Of a stretch of DNA of 64,000 nucleotides, positions 12,201 through 26,300 are shown piece after piece (within the stretch, counting starts at the first letter, position 1; the number at the start of each line of letters is the position of its first letter). The stretch covers positions 52,638,001 to 52,702,000 of the forward strand of contig OZ287752.1 in the NCBI GenBank assembly GCA_965649765.1. The letters run 5' to 3'. A model generated the notes under the pieces. It did no database searches. It was not told the origin of the DNA and worked only from the letters and a program-made list of their open reading frames with translations. Position numbers and translations under genes: made by a program. This DNA is from Bispira polyomma. Taxonomy: Eukaryota.

Positions 12201-15200
12201 CAGGGATTTCATAAAAACCCTAACCTTTCTGGCAATATATATTACAAAATCCATGATTTTCACACGTTTACTGTACCATATATATCCAACAAGGTACCGT
12301 TCAGAAACTTATTTTTACAAAATAAATTTCTCCATACCAGGTTGCGAGCCAATAGCAGTGATCATGCTGAGTATGTTCCTCATGTTGTTGGTTGGTATAA
12401 CATCTTTGTTGTTTCTCCATATTATAAGACACACTACCAGGACCATGACAACAAGGAGAATCAAAGCACCTTGAGAAAGAGGTAACAAGTAGTGTTTTAT
12501 TGGAAATTATTACTAGATAATCTTGAATTATTAAATGCATTAATATTTATACATGCGCTTAGTTAAACAGTAGAGACACAAGATGAATGGGTCTAGCAAT
12601 TTGAGGTTTATTAAACGTTCATATGTAGAGATAAGTAAACTTTTCACCTCTCCTGAGCTAATCTGGAGTTTTGCAGTTTGCTTCTAGATTTCAAATTTCT
12701 GTGAGATCCAAGGTGCTGACTTGAATACCGACACAAGGAGATACATATGTGTAATATATCAACCGAATTAATTGTTAAATACTATTGTTAATAACTTCAT
12801 AATTCCACACTACTGCAGTGATAAAAAGGTTGTTGCCATCCAAGTAGAGGACTAATATTGCACAAACACTTCAAATAACTAATAACCTCATTGTGTTGCT
12901 CACAAGGCCTGCAAAAAGATGTTACTGAACCATTATATAATCATTATATATCACATTTGGCTAGGTTAGATATAATTTGTTGAGGAAAACTGTATATCAC
13001 CCAGACCAATAACATTTTTTATTATATTATTTTTTTTTATTATTCCTAGCAAAATATACTTGCTGGTCATAAATAATCTGCGCAGACAAATTGTATATTT
13101 GTACACGATGCCTTGTTTGTACCTAATTTTGAGCAAAAAATTATAGTTTTTAATCAATAAATCTATACAATTGGTTATCATGCTCTAAATCTAACGAATT
13201 CTTATCAGACTTTCAGATGCTAAGACTCTGTACTAGCATATTGAACTTATTGATCAGTGTATTAAGTTTCATTTTCTCAGTAATTCTACAATTAATACTA
13301 ATGATTTTGAACCAATTTTGGTAGTCTGTATCTTGATATATGTTTACTTAATTTACTTTACTTGTAAATAGGGTATAGATCTAGGTTTACAACAAGAGTT
13401 AGACACTTTGTATAAATAAATGCAAGCTTACATATTTTTGTGAAATGTTATCTTCTGTCTACAAGTATATTATTTTTTAGATGTGGCGTTTATGTTACTT
13501 GTCCTTCAAACACAGCCTAAGTTCTCATGTGTTTTAGATTTGGTAAAGATGTGGAGATGCTATGATAACATTCTAATAAAGTCACATAACCTAAAAATAG
13601 TTATTGCTTCCTCTCAATCCAGTGCAGGAATGTCTGATTCAGGGGAAAATTTATAAACATGGCAGAGTCAAATGACTATTCAAAATATATATCAGGCAAT
13701 GTTTTGATCACATTATCATCAACAATTCTTTCTCCCTAGTCGCATGACTATCAATATGTTCGATACACACAAAATCACACGACCCTTTCCAATACCATAT
13801 TAGGCAATGTTTTGAATGCATGACCAATCAATGCATTAACTTTTTCCAACCTTACTTTAAATCCCTAATCATATAACTTCCATATTTGACAATCTTATTT
13901 ATGTTCTATGTTCATGTGACCAGTGTTTCCTGTAGAATTCCAGAGACTGTAATCTCCGTATGACTTATGGCATGCATGCCAAGGTTGTGTATATACAAGG
14001 AACAGTCTAGGTTGTGTACATACATAACATGATGGTATGACATAAGATAAGCACAACATTCTGGGCCTCGTGCCCAGAATCTGTAATAAATAGCCAGTTA
14101 TATCAGGCTTTAAAGAAAAGTACCATCAAGGTTTTATGTGATACTACAATTGCTGTTTGTTAACCATTTCAAAGTATGTTAAAATGAGAAATAAAATATA
14201 GAAAAAAGGCCTACAAAATAGACTGGTATTAAGATGTGGAGATGCTATGAGAATGAGCTTTTAACATTCTAATAAAGTCACATAACCTAAAAATAGTTAT
14301 TGCTTCCTCTCAATCCAGTGCAGGAATGTCTGATTCAGGAAAAAATTTATAAACATGGCAGAGTCAAATGACTATTCAAAATATATATCAGGCAATGTTT
14401 TGATCACATTATCATCAACAATTCTTTCTCCCTAGTCGCATGACTATCAATATGTTCGATACACACAAAATCACACGACCCTTTCCAATACCATATTAGG
14501 CAATGTTTTGAATGCATGACCAATCAATGCATTAACTTTTTCCAACCTTACTTTAAATCCCTAATCATGTGACTTCCATATTTGACAATCTTATTTATGT
14601 TCTATAATCATGTGACCAGTGTTTCCTGTAGAATTTCAGAGACTGTAATCTCTGTATGACTCATGGCATGCATGCCAAGGTTGTGTATATACAAGGAACA
14701 GTCTAGGTTGTGTACATACAGAGCAGCACATGCTTCAGATGAATATATAATATGATGGTATGACATAAGATAAACACAACATTCTGGGCCTCGTGCCCAG
14801 AATCTGTAATAAATAGCCAGTTATATCAGGTTTTAAAGAAAAGTACCATCAAGGTTTTATGTGATACTACAATTGCTGTTTGTTAACCATTTCAAAGTAT
14901 GTTAAAATGAGAAGTAAAATATAGAAAAAAGGCTTACAAAATAGACTGGTATTACTCTGGACTTTAACTGTTGTCAAGTGGTAGAGCCCTTCGGAAACAC
15001 ACAACTACCACAGAGCCATATTTACAGAAAAATCTGAATTCAGAAACCACTTGACAATTTGAACTACTGTCCACATGTTTACCTATTCCTGCACCTACGT
15101 CAATAGTGAGCTTCAACTTTGCACCATCTGTAAAAAGTAGAGTAAGAACTATATCACTTAATATAAATGCTTTTAAAATGTGACAATCTCCTTGTTGTAG

Positions 15201-18200
15201 CCTTTTTTCATGCCTTTTTATTTTGGAATTGTTACAAAAAAAACATTTATTTACTGCTATTTTATGTGTTGAATTTTCTTGTTGCATTATAGTATCTTAA
15301 TATATGTGTGTGCATATACATATTTGTAAAATATAGCAAAATTGTAATTTCAATGTCAATTTATTTCCAACAAACCCATGTGTACAATATGATAATTTTT
15401 GATCTCATCATTTCAATTTAAGCATTCATATGTACTTTTTCGTATCCATTAATATCCTACCATCCGTGTGATCTGGTCCATGGTCATCATCCCCAGTCAA
15501 AAATGTTGCTTTTGCACTTGCTGCTTGCCCTCCTTTATAACCCAGCTTGACCATTATAGTATACTCTGTCAAAGGTTTTAGTCCATTGATGAAAACATAT
15601 CTCTGTGTTTGTGGCACTTCAACTGTCTTGGTTTTGCGACCCGCAAAGTACACTACGTTGACATTCGAACTAGTGTAACACACTGGGGCATACTGCCATG
15701 TGACATTCACTCTGTACACATTTTTGGGAAACTCAATAACCTTTACATGTTCTGGAGGTGGATCTAAAATAAAAAGGAAATGGTGATTGTCATTGTCTAT
15801 TATCATTTTACTTTATCAAATAAAAACAACAACGCATAGTATTTGAAAAGCATGTAGTGACAAGTATTTAATGGTTAGTTGCAAGTACAAATGTATACAT
15901 CAATTGTATTGCATTTTACACTGATGTTACGATGCAAATACAATTACAAGGTATGAAACACTCCTAACTTATGTAAAGTAAGTAGCAACAATCATATGAA
16001 ATATACTTAAGATAAACTTCGATCAAAAACAATAAGTTTATGTAAGCTAACTTAATTGTTCTAATGAGAGGGAATAATGTTTCCTTTTCTATTAGTTTAA
16101 TATGGAAAGTTTGCTAGTGATGTAAATCTTCCATAGTTTTAGAATACAACGGTAAGTATATACAATGTTAATCATTCTTACAATATTCTATTCCTTTCAG
16201 ATTCTTTAAATTTCCAATCTACAAAACATAAATTTCAGAAACATTAATGTAATTGCTTTGATAAACTCTGTTTTTATATTTTGTGAATACATGACTATAC
16301 AATCTTCTTTAACTTCAACTTAGAAAGCATTTTGTGTTGAAAAATAATGATAAAAATAGCAAGGAATTAAGAAACATAACATCGCTGTGACATTATAATA
16401 TGTTACAAACTCCTTCGTCTCAACTAATATGCTTTATATTTAGAACATCTTTGAATATGTCATGACAGAACTTTGACAACAAATCATTAAATGTCGTACA
16501 TAATAATTTTATGTAGACTGCCATGACAATCCCGCACCATTAACCACGTTAAAGTCTAATCTGAAGCTGTGTTCATTCAGGTCTTTCAATTCACAATGAT
16601 TGATCCAGATAACCTGTTGGTTTGTGTAGCAGTCGATATCAGGAACACAATAGCATTCTCCACTGGCTGCACATTCACCCTCAGTGTTGTACTGGGTAGA
16701 AAAAGACAGCATTGTATAACAATAAGCACACAAAGCGTGCATTCATATCAATACAAAATTAAATTTAAATACTAACTAGTGTTATGCATTTTGAATGATT
16801 TCAATTACACAAGTATTCATTGCAATTTAATTTCGAGCTGTTTAACCATGACATAAAAAGTACTATAACACCACTCTGTGCATATCTGATACCAGCATCT
16901 GTAACTTAAAAGACCTGACATGAGTGTGTTCTTTGAATTATGTCATTATATTTACTTCAAAGCTCAATGTATCCCTTAACTATATTTAGTTTGTATATTT
17001 TATTAGCACACTGTGGTAATAGAAATAAAATTTAAAAAAATAGTAGCATATTTCTTAGATCTGTTTCACCTTTGAATGAATCTGTCCGCTTTGAGAGTCA
17101 CTAAACACAGTAGTGTCAGTTCCAGGTACTGTCATGTCAACTACACTGTAGTTGATCTTCTGTATGCCACTCTCTCTATCTTCTACATGTATAGTGAGAC
17201 TGTAATTATAACAATCTTGATAATTAGAAAACTTTGTAGTCATAGCATTACATAACGTAATATGGTGGTGTATTATTCAAGATGATTAAGATTCTCGACT
17301 TATCTAGATTAAGTAGCAACAATTATTATGTAAACTAAACATAACTTTTAGACCACCTGTACAATTACAAATACAACAAGGTAATTTAATATGAGCTACT
17401 GTAGCGTCAAAATATGTTCAATAAATACAGCAAATTATGAAAGATCAAATTTCAAGTAGTACATATACCATTTTAAATAACTGTACTGATATGCGGCATA
17501 TAGTATGCATATAACTGTATGCAAACATAGGTATATGGATACCTGGATACAAAAGGCTTTCCAGCTATTGTCACATCAACATTTTGGGTAAATAACATTG
17601 TTTGCTTGAGTATGGCTAAAGAAGCATCCAGTCTAATCTTGAACTTCTCACCCTGGTCAATAAAACAGTAATAATGGTGACAATCTATTTGGTCTGAATG
17701 CCTATGTGGAACATTATAATACAACTTTGTGCGCTTTATTATTGATATATTTTGATAGCTTGATCTACTTGTCACATGTTTTTCAAAAAAGTTCAGTTTA
17801 AGAATCTCACCTTGCTGTTACCCACAATGTCAGTTGCCACTAGGTGTAAAAACATCACACTATTCCCTGAAACAGAGATAGCTTCTGTGTGTTCTTGGAC
17901 AGATGGAGCTAAAATAGTATATTTCCCTATTGAAGGTTCAGCTTCTTTACTGGTAAAGGCTATTCCAAAATGGTTTATACCACGGGAGTTTGGAATCTGG
18001 CTGACGTTTTGCATTCCGTAGTTGTCATCAAATGTAACATCTGTACGTGGTTTTACTTGCTTGTTATCGTGCAGAAAGTTATTCCTGTATCTGAAATAAT
18101 GAATTTATATTCCACAATAATGTTAATTATAGTTGTAACTCATTTCTATACTCTAAGTCTATGAAGCAAATATCATGTATAGAAATTGGGTGATTGTTGG

Positions 18201-21200
18201 CTGACAGTCAGCCGGTCTTTCGTAAAATGTAAAGTATCATATGAGCTGATTGTTGTGGGTATCATGTATTTTATGTGATACTGAACAACATTTTACAGAT
18301 TCTGTTTAAGGGGCTATGAACATAATCACATAAACTGGTCACTGATTACCACGTTACGTGTGTTCGAGCTTCACAACTTTTTTAGGCTCGATTTATAGAT
18401 TACACATTTACATTTTCATGAGTTGAAATAATAAATAATGACAATTATTTTAACTGTGTGCTGATTTATATATTTTTATATGTAATGTTAATGGATATTT
18501 TTGGACACACAATACATATAGCAGGGTGTATAATTGTAACAAAAAAAAGTTCATATTTTTTAAAGGACATGTTTTACAAATGTGACACAATAAACCAAAA
18601 AAGAAGGGATCAATATTAAAGTCTTGTACATAACAAGAAAAAGGAAAACTTTAGCATCATTTTTAATCTTTTATTTTTTTTAATTAAAAAACAAAAACTG
18701 GGTCTATTTTAGAAAACTATTTAGGTTACCATTTCCTAAAAGAAAGAGTCTTTTCTATACTTCGTTTTTATAAAATAAGGAAACCTATTTTAGAATATAC
18801 AACTCATTCAAAATTTAAAAAAAAAACACGCTTTCTAAAGTTGTGTAGCGCAAAAATAGTCTTCATATATGCTGGGTCAATACTTATATTATGTCACAAT
18901 ACAACAATCGTAAAAGGGCTGTTTTAATGACTTTTTACCATATGATTGAAGCTTCACATTGTGTGTATGTATCAAAAAGTATCACCAAATAACCAATTTA
19001 CAGTTATTACAATTTTACGTCAGTAGTTTATATATAGGTTTATAATTAATTTGTTAATGCAGTATAATTTACAGTGGCGCATTTATTTGTTTACGGTACT
19101 AGCCCCGTAAGTGAAACATTACATTTAAGTTTTTAAAAAATCAAGCAATATTTTTATATTAATTAAATAATTCAGGTTTAACTGTATACCTGTTTCTCCA
19201 GGAAATTGTTACAGTAGCTTCTGTGGTTGTAATCCAGTATGTAGAACCTATTACTTTAGTTCCTTCTATCTGTACTGCATGCTTATCATCAATGTCTATT
19301 CTGCTGTTGTTGTCATGTAAGAACAATGCCCTGGCCTTGACAATGTTGCCAGTATGGTCAACAGCTTCAAAGATGGCACTGTACATGCCTGTTGTAACAA
19401 CACAGTTGACAAATGAGTTGATCGATAATCAGTTTTCAGTTAATCATTTTATAAAATGATATAAACTCAGTACAGCATCTTTGATTCAAAACATAATTTT
19501 TTATTAAACTAAAGAGGTAAAACCATCTTCAACATCAGTACAACTGCCATAATACAATTATTTTGCTTGCCACTGGTATATAAATAAATAACTTTTCTGG
19601 TTTTTCTGGTATGTGATAATCGGAGCCTGCTATTTTGTTTAATGGTTAACATCATATGTAATCCCCATTAAACAGTATATAAGTATCAAAAGTTGTTTGG
19701 CACAATCAAATTGTTATTAAATATATATACTATATCTGGATGATTAATCTCTATGTAAGGTGACATAGCATTGAAAGGTAAGGTACGTTGTAGAACATAC
19801 TCTGACCTTTCCACAAGCAGACCAGTGCTGTCTACTTCCATCATGTAGACTGTGTACCTGAAATCTTCTAATCCAGAATCATTGTCAGTCCAGCCTGTGA
19901 AATCTAACTGGGTTGTTCCATTCTGTCACCATTAAAAGAAGAATTATGTAAACATAATAAATCAAACACATTTTTTGCAGACCGTGTGAATGACTAGATC
20001 TTTTGTTAATGTTTATCTGCAATACTCTATAGAGTGACTGTTATTTGTATTAAATTACAATATCTCTACTTGTGCAGTTTGCACATTAAATTCCTGATGT
20101 TCTGGTTTTTATGAATGACTTATTAAATCCTCTCACATTATTTTCCATTAATCAGATTTTATTTTTTCGTTTTTTAAACTTGGTTACAAACTTGGCTATA
20201 AACTGACACGTAAGTTGTTATATCTGATCAAAGATTGCACATCTTAAATATATATTAGAATTGCTTACCTTGGAAACATCTGGCACAAATTCACATGCAT
20301 ACTGTTTCCTAGCAGGGCATGTTCCATCGTATAAACAAGGTTTTGGTGGCTCACGGTCAAATTTAACCTGAAAGTCATAAGTTGTTGTGCTTCCAGTAAA
20401 CAACCTCTTCTCGACGTTATTCGAATTACTGACATATTCCTTATAGCCTCCAGATTCTGACACTATCTCCAACTTTAGATAGTCCTGGTGGGATAGTACT
20501 GTGTATGGCCAGTTGTACTTCAGGTTGTGGCAATTTAGGGACTTGTGGGGGTTTTTGGGACTGGGCTGATGTTGATCTGGACTAGTAGCAATTATACAGG
20601 CTATTTCCTCTGGACCCCAGATCTTTACACCAGCTGTTATTGACAATATAGTTACCAGATTACCATATATTTTATGATATCTAGTAAGTTATGTGTGTTA
20701 GTACTCATCATTACTGTAATTCACTAAAATTTACTATCTCTTACACTGTCGTGAAAATGTTAGCCATGATCTAAAGTAAATTTACAATAGCATGTGTATA
20801 TTGATTTATACAGTGGTACAGATAAACTTAAAGCAACAGAAAGAAAATAATGTACATTAAGAGCTCCATACAGAGAGTACTAACTGGACCAGCCAAATTG
20901 TTTGCCATAACCAGTTTTATTCGCAGGTACTGTACAATTCATATCTATCAAAACAGTACTAGAAAAAAGTGTTTACTAATAGGGAGGTTTTCTCTATTCA
21001 CAAGTGTTCACTAACAGGGGTTTTAAGATCTTCATTCTTTGTTTACCGATGATGACACTTGTGGAAAGTTTACTATTTGTTTCTATATGTTTACATGTCT
21101 TATGAAATATATATTTTGATATACACAAACTTTGGACTTTCGTTATTGTTTATAAAATGCTGCAAAACTTTATACAAATAACCACGAAAAGAAAAAATAC

Positions 21201-23240
21201 ACAAAACACAGCACAGATGGGTAAAACTCAGGCATAGGTATCAATTTAAAAGTTCCAGTTTGTAACAAACTGTAAATTAGACTAAAATCTAAAATATCTA
21301 TTTCATCAATTACTTTGATTCTAAATCTACCTTTTTTGTACATTGTCAGCATTGCATATGCCTTTATGAGTCCAAATTTAGCGACCACCATGTATTCACT
21401 CAGCCGAGGTGGTAGGTCATCACCTTGGCGAAAAATCACCTCATAGCTGATCTCTAGCACACTGGGCAGTTTTGTATTACTGTAGAGAGATGGCTTATTT
21501 CCATATCCATCTGCCATACAATTGCCGCTGAAACTGGTGGTTGATTGCCCTGCTTTGTCCACTTGAAACTTGAGGCTACATGTCATAAGTGAGCCTCCTT
21601 CCAAGACTGAATAAAACCAGCACTGACAAGGTCAATTATAAGTTTATACAAATGTATGTATCATGTAAGGCTGGTGAAATATGGGACAAAATTAGATATA
21701 TTTTATGTTGTCACTAAACCCCAGTCTTAAACGTATATTTTACAACTGATAGATTGACCTGTTTACTTACAATGTGACCTTAGGACCAATGAAAGGAAGT
21801 AGATGTTCGCAAATAATATAAAGCAGTAAAGGTTTGTGAATAACAACCAACATCACAGTTTGTCAAGACACCCATTCTTTATTATACACTCTCTACACAT
21901 TACACCATTATTTCAATAGTTTTCAGCAGCTTATACATTGATGACCAGATTCAATAGTGAAAGTAACCAGTGCTAAATCAGTGTAAAACACCCACCTACG
22001 TCAAGTATATGACAAACTTTCCCAAGTGAAGCAACAAACGGGATTCAAACTGATTAGTAAAGGCCAGTGATTGTGACTCAAATTCAACGGTATGCATGTA
22101 TTCTATTTTTTTGGACTGCAAAGTTTCCTTGTAGTCCTTTGCTTTACATTTACCAGTTCAGCAACAATACATTTTAACCTAATCTTAACTTAATCTGTTG
22201 TTTTATCTTTTTAATTTGCAGGGTTTTTTAAACATAATTCAGACTGCATTGTTTTCACACTTGGTGCAAACAGCTAAAAGTATGGTCAAAAACAAGGTAA
22301 TAAGTATTAACATCAACTATTGACAATACATATGGAGTTGTACAGCATACCACCTCTCATAATAGACCATCTTCCTCTTCATCTTGGATCTATTTGTGAT
22401 ATTTATATTTTGATAATTTGGTACATATAAAATTTACCAATATGGAAAATAAGTATGTCAACGCATTTTATCTTGTTGAAGTATGACTCACATTTTTATA
22501 TTTAATATATTTAATACATATTTATAAACCAATGTGTGTGCCGAATCAGGGGAAGTAGCCATTTTGTACAAGCTCCATAGAGATAGCGTGTGTATTATGG
22601 TGTCATTTTTAGTGTTTGGACTTGTTAAGGGCCACTCAGTAACATTCAGTTACATTAGCAAGTTACATGTCACAACAAATTTTAAACATACAGCCAGTAG
22701 GAGGAATATTGAATGTTCCTGACGTTTTGTGACGTTTTTGTGACAAATCTGACACTGATCAAAATATAACATCAACAGCTACTTTATTAGAACATACTAC
22801 TAGACTAAACTTAGGACATATCGACAATATAAGCAACACTATGACTCTGAAAACTATCTCCACATAAGAAATTCTACCTACAGATCATTAATTGCTCAGC
22901 TGCGATGTGGTATACTCCCTCTGTATATATATTGAAACTGGGTACAGATCCGATAGAGGATGAGCAACATTTTGTATTTAATTGTTATGTGTTTTATTTG
23001 ACCAAGCAATTGCCCGACAATAATCATATACTAGTTTGTCTTAAAGCGCTTAGAATGTAAGACAATAAATATATGTTATTTAAATTCCTATAACTAGTTT
23101 ATCCTTTATTCATACCAACTTCTTAGTATAATATATCATAACTTAACTTTTGAACATAAATTTGTACTGACTATATCCTAAATGTCTTGTAGTTCAAAAC
23201 TGGCAGACTGGTTTAATGTACATCACTTTGTGTGCTGTCT

Positions 23241-23301
<61 letters not shown>

Positions 23302-26300
23302 ACACATTTTACTACAAGGTTACAATTAATTAAATAATAAAAACAAATAGTAACTAGGTAGAGCCACTTACTGCTACTTTATGCTACGTACTGCTACTTA
23401 ATGCTACTTTGGTAAAACGTGTTGTGACGAATCCAGTTTGAAATAAATGTGGCAGAAGACTAAATGTCATATAACGTCAGGAAATGACCGGGTGGTTAGT
23501 TGATATAGTGATGTATAGTAAAAAAAGCTTTCAGTGCAGTAAGTCCATCCAATAAAAGGATATATAAATAAGTTACTCACGTATATCACAATTTGTCCCT
23601 GTGTATCCAGTACAACAGTTTCTTCTGACCCTTGCTTCAGCTTCATAGTAGTCCACAGTTCTGTACTTAACGCAATTTTTTGATTCCCTAGATAAACACA
23701 CAAGTCACCTGAGTATATCTTTAATATAATAGAAATAGTAGTGCCTTGCTGCAGCTTGTCATCTCTCACATTCACTGTTGTAACAGTCATAAATATTTGC
23801 TGCAACGAAGAAAATAAAAGGACAACTACTTCAACAACATTATTAAGCTTAATGCTAATACATAATTCTAACACAACCAAAAAAGAAATAAAAAAAATTA
23901 CAACTTCATTAATAATATAATAAAATCAAGGTTATTACATTACATGATACGTTATATTCATCCTAAAACAGAATAATTATAATATTTAAGATCAATAGCT
24001 CAGTGCCAATGCAGTTTAAGACGCATGTCATTAGTTGCACAAATAGCAATACCAATTGTAATTCAAAACCAGGTCGACCTAAGATATTATTTCAAATATT
24101 TATTAACTTTTCAAATATTATCGCACTACCTAAAATTTATTTCTAAACTAGAAGGACCCGTGTCCCATTAGTACATCAGAGATCTATCTGTTTTTATGCT
24201 TCCCAGCTGTGTCTGAAAATATCTGACGCCGGTCGATTTCTTCCAACCATTCCACAAAGACATTACATATTTTCAATATGGCCCCACACTTTTCAAAATG
24301 AACTCAATATCAAGCTGTGCCTGATAACAAAAACAAAAAATTACACAGACTATAACCTCAATCTTTTCTTACCGACATGTGGACCACCACAAAAACTAAA
24401 AAAATCTGGTCATAAGGTTTTGTGCAAAATGCCTGTACTAATTGTAATGCAAAGCAAGATACAAGAATTGTCCTTTAAAAAAGTATTTAGCACACATTGT
24501 AAGTGACACCCCTCAATCTAACCAGGTTGATTGAAATCAATATCACGCCGTGCCTTTATACCAAAATAGATTTAATACAGACTGTAGCCTTAAGTCTTTA
24601 CTTACTGACATCGGGACCAGCCCCAAAACCCACATGCGGTGTAGTAATAACATGTCTGCACATATGACTCTGATCTTGTCCTCCTCACAGCTGTGGTGTA
24701 GCGATTGTCACAGAAACCACTACAACAATACAGAGCCATCATTATGTGCCTGTAGTTACCGGAAACTGTAGGATTCAACAAGCCAAATCAACAGTTGATA
24801 TTTTGTACAATATATAAACAAATCCCTGCATCAAGAAAACATGAGGTGTTTTTATTAATATTGTGTGTATCTACAGATTACAGTGTACACATGATCTTAT
24901 TCTTTCATAAATAACCTAGATCGATCTTAACATTTCACCAATACTCTTGGAGAAAAAGTGCAAGGTAGCGCCTCGGTGTTAACAGGGTCAGTTCTAGAGG
25001 ACCAGACTGCTACTATTATGGGATGGCTCGTCTGTTCATGTAATCATGTAAGCTTAATTTTCTTGCCTTTTAACTGGTGTTTACAGAATTGAAGCAGAGT
25101 AAAAAATGTGGTACTTCGTTTGGGTGACAAAGAGTGGGAGCTTATATGTATATATGTTTTTATTTTACGTTTTTAGTCTTTTAATCTTTCTCCTATACTG
25201 TAGTCATGCCAGTCTTTGATTGTGTTAAGTGTCTTAGAAAGCATGAGGGGCCCATGGGCAGGAACTTTACTGTGGTAACTGGATCTGAGGACTCGACTGT
25301 TGACCCGAGTGAGGTGAACTCGCTAGACACAGATCCTGATGGTGACTCGGTCTCGAGTGCCACTTTGAAACAACAAATGGGCAGGAACTTTACTGTAGTA
25401 ACTGGATCTGAGGACTCGACTATTGACCCGAGTGAGGTGAACTCGCTAGACACAGATCCTGATGGTGACTCGGTCTCGAGTGCCACTTTGAAACAACAAA
25501 TGGGCAGGAACTTTACTGTAGTAACTGGATCTGAGGACTCGACTATTGACCCGAGTGAGGTGAACTCGCTAGACACAGATCCTGATGGTGACTCGGTCTC
25601 GAGTGCCACTTTGAAACAACAACACTCACTTAGCCAAGTGTTGGAGCGAATGGACCAGCAGGTGCAGCTCAAGGAGGTAGCTCCAGCTCAGAACCACACC
25701 AGTAAAGAGGCCAGTAATTTACCTAGTAATGCTTCAACTTTGATTCTGTAAACCTAGTTACCGGCCCCACGGGTAGTAATAGTCAGGCTGTGGCCATTAA
25801 TGTTGTCCCGAGTGTCGATTTCTTAAGACAGAATGTAAGATAGAACATAGAGACAACATGTTTTATCGGAAATCAGTTGTGTATTTACTCTCCCAGGCCC
25901 TTAATCGTTAATTAATTCACAAAACAGAAAGTAAAAATTAATTACAAAATTTGTTTAAATTTCAATAACAAAATTTATATTTGAGTGTCATGTTTGAAGT
26001 TATGTATGTTACATGTATATTTAATACTAAACCTCTTTTATCAGGTTAGTAAGAACAAAATAGGCTAGAGAGCTTTGTTATCAAATTATAACAGATACTC
26101 GCGCCCAAGAATCTCTACACACAAGCACTGTATTTACTATATTTAGAGTACATAGTTTTTTATGTTGGGTTGATATCAAGTAAAACGGCAAATTAATGCA
26201 TTTGTGTGCTGACTAATGTTTGTGTGCAGAAAAAAATATTGGTTACAGTATATATACGCACACAATATCACAGAAGTCAGGCCAGCATATGAATTATATC

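Noticed and set aside
23467-23880. 137-aa ORF-track protein
   Set aside because: Wrong frame. The real exon (23687-23581) reads ..CCTGYTGTNCDI in another frame.
25254-25621. Regular repeats as a CRISPR array (also 63250-63692)
   Set aside because: These are pure tandem units with no unique spacers and no cas genes, in a eukaryotic context.
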